DNA of 64,000 bases from positions 1 through 64,000 of the forward strand of contig ML002219.1 in assembly GCA_003614675.1 (NCBI GenBank), in the 5' to 3' direction. Each line of letters opens with the position of its first letter. Position 1 is the first letter of the stretch. A program made the position numbers and the translations under genes. Source of the DNA: Dimargaris cristalligena. Lineage: Eukaryota. The notes beneath the pieces were generated by a model, which saw only the letters and a program-made list of their open reading frames with translations, did not search any database and was not told the origin of the DNA. Shown here piece after piece: positions 35,863-49,663 of the stretch.

Positions 35863-37416
35863 GTCGATTGGTACAGTCCATTGCCCTCTCTACCCCTCCC
35901 CTTATAACTCATTTATTAGCGGTGACGCTCATGAACACCAATTTACATTCGTTGTGGCCCACCATCTCCCCTGTATATATATACACACTTATATATATTA
36001 TTTTTCGGTAATATATACGATTATCTATGCGAGTTAATATCCTTAGCGGTTAATGTTATTTCTTTATTACATCATTACTTCCTGCATTTTAATAAATCTT
36101 ACCTTATAAAGCACAGCATCTAAATTGTATGTTGTTAAACAGGACCTCCTTTACTTTCAATGGTCTAGCACCATCCGGACCCCATATTGGTGCATCCTTC
36201 CCCCAATTTCAATTAATATACAATGAAATCAGATAGTATTTACCATTCTCGATGTTTAACCCTGGCTTTGAACCTCTGGCATTTACCATCAATTGCAGAG
36301 TATCTATTTTGACTTGATTGATCCCCGCTAACCAAAAGTAACTCTTTTAATACTAGTTTCTGATGATCTTGGTTCCCAATATTATTACATAGGAGAATCC
36401 GAGCGCTTATCACCTTTTGCCCTACAGTAGGGGATGGGACACTGTCTAATAAATATTGATTATCGCTTCGTTTATAAAAATCAATTAGGCACCAATGTGG
36501 AATTTCCGTAGTGGAAAGCTACTCCAGTTGGAAAGTCGGCTACTATCTCTATACCCTTGATGCGGACTTCGCTACCGGGCCCAGCGAGGGAAAATATAAT
36601 CTCCTTTGAAAACGAAGAGCGGGAAGTTAGCTGTCTAAACGGAAACATACTTAAAGGTAGCGATAACTGATGACAAAGGGCCTTCGCGAGTGACCGCGTG
36701 TATATTTCCCCAGTCATTCAAAATCCGGCTAGCGGCTCGATATATTTAAGCGCGTGGTTTTTAGTTGAAATCACAATCTGGAGTTCAAGTACGTAACTCG
36801 TATGTATTGATAGTGGCTAGTTAATTAGCCCTATATATTTTATATCTTTTAAAATAGCCCATCATTGGCATTTTTCAGAGAAAGTCAACAATAGCCAATG
36901 TTAAATTGGCCCGGATTTCTCCAGCTTACAGTTATCTTTGATTCAGTGTTTACGGATATAATTGAATTATACTTATATTAATACATCGTATTAGCTTATT
37001 TTTTATGGCCAGGTTATTATGTTTCGTTCGTCTTATTACCGTTCCGGCTCTTCATTGGCGATAACTTCATCGTAATCTCGCTAGTCACCATATCCCGTGG
37101 ACAGGTAATTTTATTTTAATCCACCCGGCCTACCGAGCCTTGTCACTACCCGAGTAGCATTTATTAGTATCCCTGGCCTTTTAGATTCATATTGTCCCAG
37201 TACTAGCATTACGGGGGGCAGTGTTGTATACAAAGTACACTTTTATAAAATTATAAAAAAATCAGGGATAAATCAGAGGCTACGGTGAAATATCCTTAAA
37301 CTAATCAAGAGTAAAACATGCCTGGTTTGGGGAGCAAAATCAAAGCACTGAATAGGGACAGTGGGACAGTACTATCTCCTTACCAAAGGAATTTACCCAC
37401 CCGTTGCACTCTAATA

Positions 37417-38881
37417 TCACAGTCCATTATTCTCGGTCAGGGTATTTTGATCAAGCACTAAAGCATCTTCACCTTCGGGGATGAGCTCCAGGAAGGCCGC
37501 TTTGCGTACACGAAGTGCAATAAATTTTTGACCATTGCTGGTCTTTTTCACCATGACATTCTGCTTAAATCCATATTCATCATTGCAGCTATAAGTAGTC
37601 TGAGTAGGTCGCAAATCCATGCCAGGGAACATATCCTTGATTGAATTAACCGCCGTGCTATAGCCGAAAAAAGTGGCACAGTTCAGAGTCTGACGGGTGT
37701 CTCTGATAAGGCGCGCTGCTACATCAAGGAGCGTTTTCTTGTTGTCATTATGAAGGTCGGAGGGCATAAGCTCTAGCATCAGAAGGGCCAAGCCACTCTT
37801 GATTTCTTGGCCGAGTACATTGTTCTTAGTAAAGGTCTCGAAACGGGTGACGTATTCATTGGCAAGACCGGTATTTCCATCCATGACCAAGTGCGCGATT
37901 AAGGCAGGAATAAGTTGATAACCGAATACATAATTGGAAACTACAAGACCTCCCGGATTTTTATCTTCATAGAACGCCTGTTCGATTATTCGACGAGAGG
38001 TTTTTGAAAATCCGTGGAATACATAATTATACAAAGGGATTAATTTTCTATTTAACTTCGTGATATCTTGAACCCTGTCCGATGTAAGGAGATGGTGCAG
38101 AAGGGGGAAGGCCTTTGATTTTTGGGCATCATCCAGGCGACTGGTGTTGACCGTTGCCCACGAGCCAGAAATAGCCGATTGGAACCACTGGGTGGTATCG
38201 ATTAAATCCCTGTGCGAGACTTGCTCTTTGTCATCCTCTTGTCTGTCGTCGTCCTCCAAGCGTATTTCTTCGAGCATTATGCCAAATCTCCCATTGGCTA
38301 GAATGAACATCGCTGTATCGTATTCTAAAGGCACAAGGGCCTTGGACAGGCGGGCCTTTTGATTTTTAAATTCAAGTATACTAAGCCCTAGGATTTTCGC
38401 AACCTTGAATCACCAGCGTTTAAATCAGAAACATGCCGGTTATAGATATATTGCTGTTAGCTGTCAATTCGCTTGATACTTGGATATAATGAGTTAAAAA
38501 AACTACAATACCAAAGCCAAGTAAACACCTAATAGGATATTCCCGACTGGTGCTACCAAACTTCGGAAAGCGGGGTCAGGGTTAAATAAAAGAGTCGTGT
38601 GGGGAGCGCAATCAAGGGCTCTAAATACAGCAAAAGGTGGTTCAAAAACTTACTGTCGAGACAGTAGGATTGGAGTTGTGGGGGGTATAGGGGTTGACCT
38701 CAGGTTCCGACACACTCGGAAAATCTTTAAAAGCATCGTAAAATACGTCATTTTCAGGTCCTTCAACGTCGTCGCCATGTACTATATTATTGGCGTTTGA
38801 TAAGGTCGGATAGGGCTTCCCCTTCACATACACGGCTACAATGAGGCCCACGAGGGATATCGTGGAAGCGGAGAGTCTCAT
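37417..38881 (-). CDS. Secreted protein, paralogue of the secreted F-box-like family; exon 1 38881-38654, last exon ~38403-37417, middle structure uncertain
   Basis: Signal peptide MRLSASTISLVGLIVAVYVKG|KP; GTAAGT donor; C-terminal domain GNTGLANE...LLMLEL...CATFFGYSTA...C resembles 60395-61336. Confidence 0.6.
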
Positions 38882-40152
38882 TTTCGGAAATGAGCGGCGG
38901 GAGAGGAAGGAGGTAAAGGAGACAGTGAGTAGATTAGGAGAGAGTGGGGTGAAGTGCCAAAAGAGTAGGAAGTGGCTAATGTACTCGGGGCAAAGTGACG
39001 AAAGAAGAGTTGTAGTGGCCATGAAGGAGACAAGTCTATGGATTTATATAGCCACTGACCAGCAGCAACAGTCGGTAGGGATATTTTAACTAGCGAGACC
39101 GTGAACACAGTGGCTCGAATTCATGTTGTCCCTCTCCGCTGGCCATGGACCAATGGCCCGAGTCCCTCTCCTCCGTCTACCTCTCCGACTAACATGTTGG
39201 CGAATAGAGGGAAACATAATGGCTGATATCTCTATCAGTCCCGTCCTCAATAGAACCGTAAATGCTATTGTAATGTACATGTAAAACCGCGAGGCAATTA
39301 TTATCCCCTCACTCCCTTCCCTTCCCTAATTAAACGGCTGACTTGCGCCACGGTCGCCTTCCAAAGAGAAGGAAGCCTACAGAAAGGGAGAGCCCGGTCC
39401 GTAGTGTCGGCTTAAACAAGAGGCGTCCGATTGTTTCACCGCAGACATCTCGACCAATGTGGCCTCACTGGCCCTTGGTTCGAAAATAATCCATGAACAC
39501 GGTGTAACCTTGGCCACCCAAAGAAGGCCTCGTGAAAATTTTAATTGGCTTTTGTTTTAGTGCAGATTTATCAGAAATGAAACGAAAGAATTCCGGGGGA
39601 GTTGGGCGACTTGGTGTATCGGAGACGGTGGCCCCAGTAGCGTGGCTGGCTAGGCACCATTGTTGAGTTCGAATTATCTAGGGACATCCCCATTGGTTGA
39701 CGTTGTCGTCCCAAAATCTAGTGCGACCTGCAGGGCCAATGGGTTTTACCATACGTCCGGAAGGAAAGGCAAGCTCGTTGATTTTTGGAGTACACCCCGT
39801 GCACAGGCTCGTCTACAAGCCACTCGGGATTGGACACCCGCCAACTTCCCGATGCTATTCCTGCCGCTCGTCTTGGAACCTTGCAGTGAATTGGGAATTC
39901 ATCGTTGTAACTTAAGAGTGAAAATAGTTGAAGGGTATTGAACAGCTGAGGCGTCTTATATACAAGTTTCAAGATAATTATCCACCAGTTGGATCGTTTC
40001 GCCTTCCCGTCCTATTTCCTTATTCAACGGTTTAGCATCGCTTTTTTTTTCTTCTCTCTGACCATTTTGCGAGACCCAAGTGGTAAAAGTGGGTCAGGTG
40101 GATTTTGGAGAGTTTGGGGGTCAAGAGGAAATTATAGCCGGCTTACCGGAGC

Positions 40153-40424
40153 ATATGGGAGTAGTTCAACCAGGCTGTATAACGAAAAATCCATTTGGGA
40201 GAGGTTCAACCGGGCTGTATAACGAAAAATCCGTTGGATGAAGCAAATATGACTGGTTAAAAATAAATCTCCCATATATTATCATTTAAAACCTTATACA
40301 GCTGGGCCGAACTTCACCCATTTGATGAGGCAAATACTACTTGGTTGAAAATAAACATCCCACCGATTTTCCCATACGCATATCAGTTAAACCCTTATAC
40401 AGCCAAGCTGAACTTCACCCATCT
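40153..40424 (+). mobile_element. MITE copy 2 (outer, 40157-40420) containing nested MITE copy 3 (40197-40319)
   Basis: Inner element flanked by ATTT/ATTT; removing it restores the outer CCATTTGATGAGG consensus; outer flanks ATAT/ATCT. Confidence 0.85.
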
Positions 40425-41717
40425 CGAAATGATCATAATATTTTTCATGCGGAATATCCGTCAATATATAATTGACTCCGACTATTGTTCAATTAGTCCA
40501 AAATTCAATGTTATTTTCTATGCCTCTTACGCCTTATTTGGGCCTGATATTAGTTAGCGGCTACAATAACCGGCCTTGATGTTTATGACTTTCTTTCATT
40601 ATAATATTGTATACAGATGTGAATCTTATTGTATCCCTAAAATATGTTAGATGAATGTTCACAATTAATACCATTACGAACTTTTAATAGCTGAAATGCG
40701 AATTACGTGACATAGCGACCCTCTAATTTCAACAATAGAACAGTGGTGTACTTAATGTTGCATGTGCATAAATCCAGCCCAAAAAGCAATTAGTAATAGT
40801 AGGGAAAATATGAAAGCAGTGCATTATCTAGTTTTATCCGAGAAACGGGTTTTGTAGCTGATGTAACCGGCTTTGACTGGCTTCTATTTACTATTTTTTC
40901 AACCTTACCCAGACACCTTTTAAGGCACTCTTTACCCCACATGAAAAATACGCTACAGAGCAAACTTCTGTTTTATATAGAATCGTCTAGTCAGTACATA
41001 AAAACTATATCTATTGCGCTTAAACTACAGGACCTATTACCACAATTATTAGCTACCTAAATTCTGCATATAAGACTACTGGATAAAAAGCTTTAAAAAA
41101 ACTTGTAATTATGCCATGGCGGGACCACCTTTAGCTAATTGAATGTGTGAAATTGAGTACTGCCATACTGTTCGCGATTTGGTTACAATGCCCAACTACA
41201 AATTTAGCTATTGACAGGGGCAAAGAGGTGATTAAACAAGGTCTTTATATGTCAGTGTTGAGTTATGATGAAAACAATGAATAGTTGAATCCAAAAATGA
41301 AAAAAAAAACCCCTCCAGTATACGATGTTATGTTTCCCCACTTCCTTTTGTAGGGAAAGCCTCTCTTGAAGATGTATGCTTGGGCCGTAATCCAACTAGG
41401 TATATTCAAGTTCACTTTCAACTGCTACTATAGTCACAGCCAGACTTATCTCTTCCAACTTGGCCAGACTTACTACCTCAACAAACGTACAACTGACTCT
41501 GCCGATGCCAAGATGTTTGGAAATGGTGCCGATAAACTCCTCCCGATTCACTGAATCTAGGACAAGTATGACTTAGCCTTGTGGCAATAAAAAAAACCAC
41601 TGTACAATCGAGTCAACCCCCAAAGTTAGGTCGTGAATAGGCCTTATACCATTTTATAATCGCCTAAATAATATAGTCATAAATGTAGCATTGAACCTAA
41701 ATATAGTGATGTGTATG

Positions 41718-41861
41718 ATATGGGTGAACTTCAACCCAGTTGTATAGGGTCTTACCTGATATATCTAGGGGATAACAAGTGGGAAATTCATTTTCAACCA
41801 GTGATGTTTGCCTCACCAAACGCATTATTTGTTATATAGCCTGGTTGAACTTCTCCCATAT
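41718..41861 (-). mobile_element. MITE copy 4
   Basis: ATAT|GGGTGAACTTCAACCCAGTTGTATA...TATATAGCCTGGTTGAACTTCTCCC|ATAT. Confidence 0.8.
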
Positions 41862-41901
41862 GCTTGCGGAAGCGCGCCTTGCCGAGCACAAGGGAAAATC
41901 A

Positions 41902-43300
41902 TTAGTTTAACAGTATGCTAGTGTCAGTCAATTGAATAGCGGGGTACTCATTTTCGAGTTGACATCTAAGTTCATAAGACTCGAGGTTGACCTCTACCTC
42001 CCTGAGATTGGGCAACCAAGATATGATAGTTGCAAGTGAGCCCCCGTCGAACTGCATTTTACCAGGTTCGAGACGTAAAAGGGTAGAACAGGTAAAATCC
42101 AACTCGGCCAGCTCACCTATAAATTCGGGGCCTTCGCCTATGATGGCCAGGGACCTGAGACATGCACTCCTGGATAGAATGTAGGCCGAGATGGCCGCAA
42201 GGTCTAAAAGGTCCACCAGTGACACATTACGAAGCTTAGGAAAATTATCCACCATAAGTGGGCCTATATCCGGGCACTCGACGCCGCCAGTAATGACTAA
42301 CGAGGTGACTTGTGGCCAGGGCTGGTCGAAAAACTGCTGAAGAGGGAGTAACTCTTCGGCCGATGGACGTAGGCCTAAATTAAAATGAATTGTCAATTCC
42401 GTCAATTGTGGGCATTTGGCCGCAGTTAGGTTGCCAAGTCCCTGTAATTGGGCTATACCCTGTCCAATCACCAGCCGGAGGCTCACCAATCGCCGCCAGG
42501 TGGGGCGATGGGTACTTAGGAGGAGGGGTAAATGCCAATTACTGTAAGTCAAGGACAGGTGAGTCAAGTGGGGGGGCAACGGCTCAACACGGCTTGGTGA
42601 AACCATTCACACGATGTGTCCATGCAGAGGGATAGGCGGCGAAGGTGGGGGGCAAAGGGGGCGATGAGCTGAATAATCGCCTCCGCGTCCGCGACGGTCC
42701 CCATCAGAAAACGGAACAAAGCCATCGAATCCGGCCCAGCCGAAGACGTAGCGTATCCGAGAAGTAGTTCCGTTCCACCAGGGAGGCGTAGGTCTGATTA
42801 GCCCGGAACGCGAACATTCGACACGGTATAATCAGCCTGCGGGGCGGGTGCATAAGGCTTGCCAGACAGCCAGCGACCAGCGGCCAATCCGCCAGATTGT
42901 GTAACTTCACTTCCACCGTATACGTGCGCGGGATTTCACTAAACAGGGAACGCACCCGTTCCATACGGCCCGGAGCGACACCCTTGTGGAAGTTGATGGA
43001 GCTACACCGACCATACGGGCGGTACCGGCGGACGGTTTCGGTGATACGGTCGTCAGTGGCTGCATCCTTTCCGACGGGTATACAAAGCTGGTAGGCCGAG
43101 GTTACCGGAGTTCGAAGTTCGCGGTTGGCTTGGGCCAGTTGGAATTGGTCCCTTTGGGAAAGGTGCCGGACGATGCGTTGCCCGAGTAGGTGCTGGGCGG
43201 GGTGGAATCGAAAGTGTAGCAAGTCGAGGCCCGGGCTACTACGGAAATGGAGCTGACCGGTTAACCCCATGGGAAAAGTGGGGAATTTGCCGGAGGACAT
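41902..43300 (-). pseudogene. F-box-like/LRR (RNI-like) gene with two frameshifts (pseudogene or homopolymer assembly error)
   Basis: IVRHLSQRDQFQLAQANRELR F-box-like segment; LRR-like repeats APHLRRLSL, PHLTHLSL, CPQLTELTI, FPKLRNVSL, LPNLREVEV; frame changes near 42740 and at the G7 run 42570-42576. Confidence 0.6.
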
Positions 43301-44412
43301 GGTGTAAATGTAAATAGGCCAAAGCAAATATTTAGGGGAAATAAGAAAAAGTCGAGGCCAAGGGGATGGGGTGGCTATAGCTTAATTCTAAGCTGTGTTT
43401 GAGAGCAGAAATTGAGGTAAAGTCGCAGTTTTTGGCAGGTGGATACTGAACATGCTGCACAGGATTCGCTCCTAAAACGGCTCCGAGCACTGTATAGTCA
43501 GTTTACCTTATTGCTAAAACAAGCGCTAGTGTGCTTTTATATATATAGTTCATACAGGGATAAGCATTACCTTGTGTTTACATTGCATCTCATGTTTCGA
43601 CCTGCTCTCCACACTATACACATAGTATGTCGGCCTATAGGTCAACGAGTGACAGGAGGCGGGCATGGATGGCGGGGCTATTGACACTTGAAAATGACCA
43701 GGGAAATGCGGTATACTATATATACGAAACCAAGGCGTTGGGGTGGCTAGAAAACCCCGTTGTTTTCAATGACGTAAAATACTGGCCAATCCAGATGAGG
43801 GCCAAAGCAAAGGTGGATCTATAATAAAATACGCCTTTAAACCCAAATTCCGACAAATAAAATGGATTTATTCCGGTGGTTTGGTATTTTTGGACGAACA
43901 CGCTGTGATCCACTCCTTTGGTAGTTACTTCTATTTTAAACCTTCGTAATTTGCATTTGACCAATTCATCAACATATAGTTACAGTGACATACCACGGGA
44001 CTTGACGCGGTCTACCATAAGAATTAAATGTAAATATTTAAGAAGACCAGCAACTAGTCAGATGGAACAATACGACAGCAGTTAAGTTGACCAGCTTAAA
44101 GAAACCGGGGTTATTCCTGGCAAGTATTAGAGAGGCCTTTAAAAACGGCAGTCACATAAGAAGGTTGGTAGAACAGTAATAAATTAATATATTAGGCTAA
44201 TGAATAATAAGGGACACAAACAAATTATACGTAGAAGGGAGGAAAGGGGAGGGGTGGAAGACAGTACAAAAGCGGAACATGTCCTAAAAAAAATAGTGGT
44301 TCAACGGCTGGGGTGAAGGAAAGTGGTGACATATCAAGTAGAATAACCTCATAAACTAGCAAGGCAAAAAAAAATATATATCAAGGGAGATTAGAGAAGG
44401 GGGCCACACAGT

Positions 44413-45640
44413 CTAAGCCCAAATCTTTAACAGGCTGTCCCAACTACCAGTGCAAAGCGCCATCCCGTCACTCGATACGCCTAAGCAACTCACCCGGTTA
44501 TCGTGCCCCGAAAGGACGCCGACCCGGTCGCCCTTGAGCACATCCCAAACATTGCAATTGAAATCGTCGTAGCCAGCAAAGAGAAGACGCCCCGAAATGG
44601 AAAAGCCCACGGAGGTGATGCCGCAAAGGATGTTATCGTGGGTGTACTGATTCAGCTCCCGATCCGCGCGAATATCAAAGAGACGACACGAGGCATCATC
44701 GGACCCTGTTCCAAAGGCATTACCGTTGGGGAAGAACTGGACAGCATTGATATCGGACTCGTGGCCCGTAAAGGTTTGGACACACTTGCCGGACCGAATA
44801 TCCCACACCTTGGCGGTGGCATCGCAGGCACCCGACACAAAGACGCTGGGGTTGGGGGCCAGGGACAGACTCATCACGTCCCCGACGTGGTCATTAAATT
44901 CCATGGTCTTCACCCCGGCGTCGATATCCCATAGCATACAGGACATGTCCCCCGAAGCAGTTAGGATCTGGCGGTCGTTGAGGAACCGGCAGCAGGACAG
45001 GTAACCGGTGTGGGCACTCAGTTCCCGGGCCACCTTCACGGAACCCTCGCGGGTCCGGAGGTTGTAGATGGAGCACAGGTTATCCAGACCACCGCAGGCC
45101 ACAAAATTGCCCGACGGGGCGTAGGCGCAGGTCATGACCCACGACGAGCGTAGGGGAATGGCGTGCAGTTTGTTGGTGGTGTAGGCGTCCCAGACGATGA
45201 GTTTGCCGTCCTGGGAGGCCGAAACGAGGTGGCGCTGGTCGGCGGCCCAATGCATGGCGTAGATTTTAGCCAAATGGCCCTTGAGCGTGCGCCGTACCTT
45301 CATAACAATTCGTGGTAGGGGTTCGACATCGGCGGCAACGCTTTTCACTGATTTCACCAATTCGGGCAGCAGCGTAGGTGATGGATAGGGTGATGATGTA
45401 AGAAGAACGAGAGGGGGCGTAAGAGTCAGAAAACTATGAAGTGACTGGTTGGGATAAAGATAGGGTTGTATGAAGGGCCATGCCTGCTCTGGAAACCTAA
45501 AACAACAGAAGTGGATAAATGCATACGGTTTAGTGCTTACAGGTGGTGTCGGCCAGGGCATCCTTCTTGGCCTTGATTTTTTCCTTTAGCGTTTCAGCCT
45601 CTTTCCGAGCCGCGGCAATTCGCTCTTGAATGTCACTCAT
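44413..45640 (-). CDS. GPB1: Heterotrimeric G-protein beta subunit; exons 45640-45541 and 45347-44413 (344 aa)
   Basis: [19 protein letters not shown] coiled coil; [16 protein letters not shown]...[14 protein letters not shown]40 repeats. Confidence 0.97.
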
Positions 45641-46567
45641 GGTGTTTGATATGCAATAGAAACCAAGTAGAGTGCCTAGTAACGCACTGGGAATTGACTC
45701 TAAGGGAAGGACCGCAGTAGAATACAGGAGAAGAAAAAAAAAGTTGATGGGATGAGGAAAGGGTGAGGAGGGGATACGCGAAAGCAAGGAATGAGTAAGT
45801 AAGCAGGACTGTTTCAAGTACCCCCAGGCGACGAAGGGCGATGTATTGATGGGGGCCGCGTCGACTCGTCTCCTTAAGTGTGAATAGAATTATGCGCCAC
45901 TGGTCTCCTCCATCTAAAACCCCGGCTGAGTGCGCATAAATGGAATGCTATTCCTCTCTCCCCTCCAGTCTGGCCAAACCAGAGTAAACCCATAATGGCA
46001 GTCCCCATGTAGACACCGAGTATAGGACGATAGGCAGGTTATTCGGGCCTTGGAAGGAATGCGAGGCCATTAGACCCCCTGCTGAGACCCATCCGGTGTC
46101 AGCGTATGCGGTTGCAGCCGAGAGGATTGGCGTTTCCGCTGGAGATGAAGGGAAGGAAGGTGACGGATGACTGGCACATGGGGAAACTTACCTTTACTAA
46201 AAGAAGAATAAGAGGCAAGTGCGAAAGAACCGTATGGTAGCGGGGGCACAACTCTCACAAATAGTGGCAAGGGAAAAGTACAGAGCAACAACTAGAAAGG
46301 ACCGAGGGAATGCTAACTGTAGGTAAAGAAGACCAAGAGATTCACAGGGCACCAAACAGAGGAAATAAGGGTAGATGACGACGAAAAGAGATTCTCAAGG
46401 AATTCGGGAGACAACAAAGGTCTCTAACCAGTGGCGCTCTAATGGGTAATATAAAGTATGTGTGTGCATGGCCGATTAAGAGGCCCTTGCCTTACCCAGT
46501 GGTACTAGTGAATATAATAGTCGGTTACTGCCCAAGACCTGTATGTGTGTGTGTGTGTATATATTAT

Positions 46568-46710
46568 ATATGGGTAAAATTCAAACCAGCTGTATAAGGT
46601 TTTACATAATAGTGTATGGGCGAATATATGTGAGAATAGCTTTTAACCAGTAATATTGGCCTCATCCAATGGATTTTTCATTATACAGCCTGAATGAACT
46701 TCTCCCATAT
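46568..46710 (-). mobile_element. MITE copy 5
   Basis: Near-identical reverse complement of 896-1039; ATAT flanks. Confidence 0.85.
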
Positions 46711-49663
46711 GTATGTGGCAAATGAGCCAATTGCCTGTTATATCAGCGGACTCGGTGCTTCAATAATGGATTTATAGGGCCTGCAATCTAAGTGATACTC
46801 CCCGCTCGCACACACCAAGGAGCCACGCAAGTAATAGGTAGCAAACAGCAACCATATCCCCGAAACGAATGGCGACCACTGGAATAGACTACCAGGCCTT
46901 TAAAACTACAAAGTCGGGCTGTTTCTGACCCGCGGTACCCATCATATAATGTCGGACTGGCAAAGCAGCGTGAAAGACAAAACCCTCTTAAACAACCAAT
47001 TTTCTATAGAAATAATGATATAGCCCAACCAATCCCCCTGTACTAATACAAACCAACGGTGCGTAGACCCTGTCAACCCCACCTAGGTGCATAGCCTCCT
47101 CTTCGCCACCACTACCCTCGTTTCCGCATGGTCCTGCTGTGCATGGTTGTACTGATCAACCTCATCATTTGCCAATTGTTTATTAAGCGACATTGCTCAG
47201 GTCCATCCTCCTCCTGCTGCAACGGAAGGGGTGCATGGGTACCATTCCCAATCATTTAGGCAGAAATGGAAGTCGTCGGCCGGCGAATTGAACCCCATTA
47301 ACATATCTATTGATCGCATTACACCCCCGGAAGGCAACTGGAGAAAAGACCAGTAGCGGAATTAAAATCGACCCGAGATATCACCAGCCTAAGTCTACCC
47401 CCCCACTTGCCTATTAATATTTTCTTCTGATGCCACCAACACCTGTGTACATGTATAGTGTGCCCCCTGCCACTGAAATGAGGCTAGGAAACGGTTAAAA
47501 CAACATGGTAACGCCAATGCACCTGTTTATATTAGGCAGATTTAGGAATCGCAGGTAGTCGAGAAGTACTCAACTAGATAACAAAGAGTTTTCGACCAAA
47601 TCCCGTTGTACCCAGTTTAATTATTATCTGAAGGGGGCATGGGCTTATATAACTAAAAAAGAGTAGTTAAATAGTAATTGAGACCAACCAAAATAAAATA
47701 ATAATAAAAGAAAGTGCGCAAATAAAAATACAATTACTTCGTCTTCCCCGGCACAGTCAATTTGGCTTGGGTTGATGCAGCGTGATAAAGAGATCCCTCT
47801 GCCTTAGATCCAACAGTGGCCGATTAGGGATTTAAGGTCAATGGAATCACCAACTGTATAGGATAAGAAGCAGACAATACACCCTGCCAAACTTCTACCG
47901 CGAGTGTCCACCCAGAACCGGCAGCCGGTATGAATTGGTATGGGCGGGTTACCATCAATGTTCAGTATAACAAAGCAACATAGCATAGTTATTCTAAAGG
48001 CGTAGCGGATACTACTGGATCCCGTATTTTAAAGTGGGACTTGGCGGTAGTAGATATTGGCTTGGGCCACCGAGCTCCGGGATTTGCCACCTCCCATAGA
48101 CCCGAATTGAAGCCGATGATGGCGCCGGGGGAATTGGGATAATGCTCTTAAGATACCCTGTCCCTAAACCCCCTGTTGGACCGGCGGGACGATCGTTAAG
48201 TTTGATCCTGTGGTGAGAGCGACTCAGGCTTTAGCCAAGAAGACCTTTCGGTACTGCCGGATGGTGTAGCTTGGGGGAAGGGGTGGTTGTTCAGAAGGAC
48301 ACACTCATTCACCAAGAAAAACAGAAAAAATCGCAAATTCACCCCCCATTATACCGTAGGTATTCACAGTGGTGGTGGCAGTATAGCTGGCGTACCAGCC
48401 GAAGGCTATATGCCCTAAGTATCCGGTTATAAGATACCGTAGTAGTGTTGGGCAGTGGGCCGTTTGAAGCGGGGGCCATTGGTGGTGGGGGAGGAGGCGG
48501 AATATTCCCGAGTGCTCTCTACCTACCCCGAAAGGTATAAAGGGACAGCACTCCCTAATGAAACCGCCTCGCACCCGGTGCACCTCCCCCAAGAGCAGGT
48601 CGGCGGGATTGCTGTTGCTATTATTACCAACACCAAAGCAACGGCAATCCCATCCCGCGGCATACCCAGATCTACCCATCCAAGGACTGGATATCGACTG
48701 GAAATCCACTGACAATAGTCCTCAACAACATCGCCCGTCTGCACCTTGTCTTCATGGGTATGATGCAGAGCATCGGGATCACGCCGGAAGTGCTGCTTAG
48801 GTAACAGATGGTGTAGTTCATTACGTGTTGAAAAAACGAGCTGGCCTTGCCACTTCGTAATTTTGAAATATAGCACCGGTATCCTTGATGATGCCTCTGT
48901 AATGAACCCCATGTCCGTTACGGATGTCTGGGGGGATAGTACTGGGTGGGGGTCCCTTTTAACTGACAAAGCTATTGCCCACTAAATCCCAGCTGCCCCC
49001 AATCCGTTAACAGAAAGGAGGGGGCCCAATGTTGGACCGCTTCCAGTTACTAGAATAAATCCCACGCTCGCTCCACTTACCTGGGGGATTGGTTGGAGTG
49101 GCAAACCAATGTAATCAAGGAGGGTTCCTTGGCCTAGATATAGCCAAATCAACCCTACCCCACGCGTCCAGGGTTAAATGAGAAATCAGATAGTGATATT
49201 TATATATACTGCGATCACAAGTCGGTGATTCATGAAAGGTATTCATTAGAAGTGCCCGTTAGATGTCAATCAATATCAACATGGGTAAATACTAAAAAAC
49301 AGGTACGCGACTTAACGTATAGTATTTAGGGCTTAGAGGAGGGAAGGCCCCCAAGTTAGTGGGGGGGAGTATCTATTGAGGGTATATATAGAAGCTACTC
49401 CTACAATGGTATAAACTACCCCTCTATTCATCGAAAGTGGGAAATACCTCCCCCCTTCAGGATAATATAAAAATAAGTTTAAGAACAAAATAATGATAAT
49501 AATAATCTATAGGGGACTCTGGTGGGTGAGAATCAACTGGGTATAGGTGAGTCCGGGCACTTCGACGCTTGTACCACTGTGGCCGTACATGGGTAATATT
49601 CTTTTATGCGAACAAGTAGAATAATAGTAATACTAATAATCGGCTTCATCACTATCGGCATCA

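Noticed and set aside
47800-48970. Several 60-148-aa ORFs between G-beta and Lon
   Set aside because: No recognisable motifs or consistent gene model
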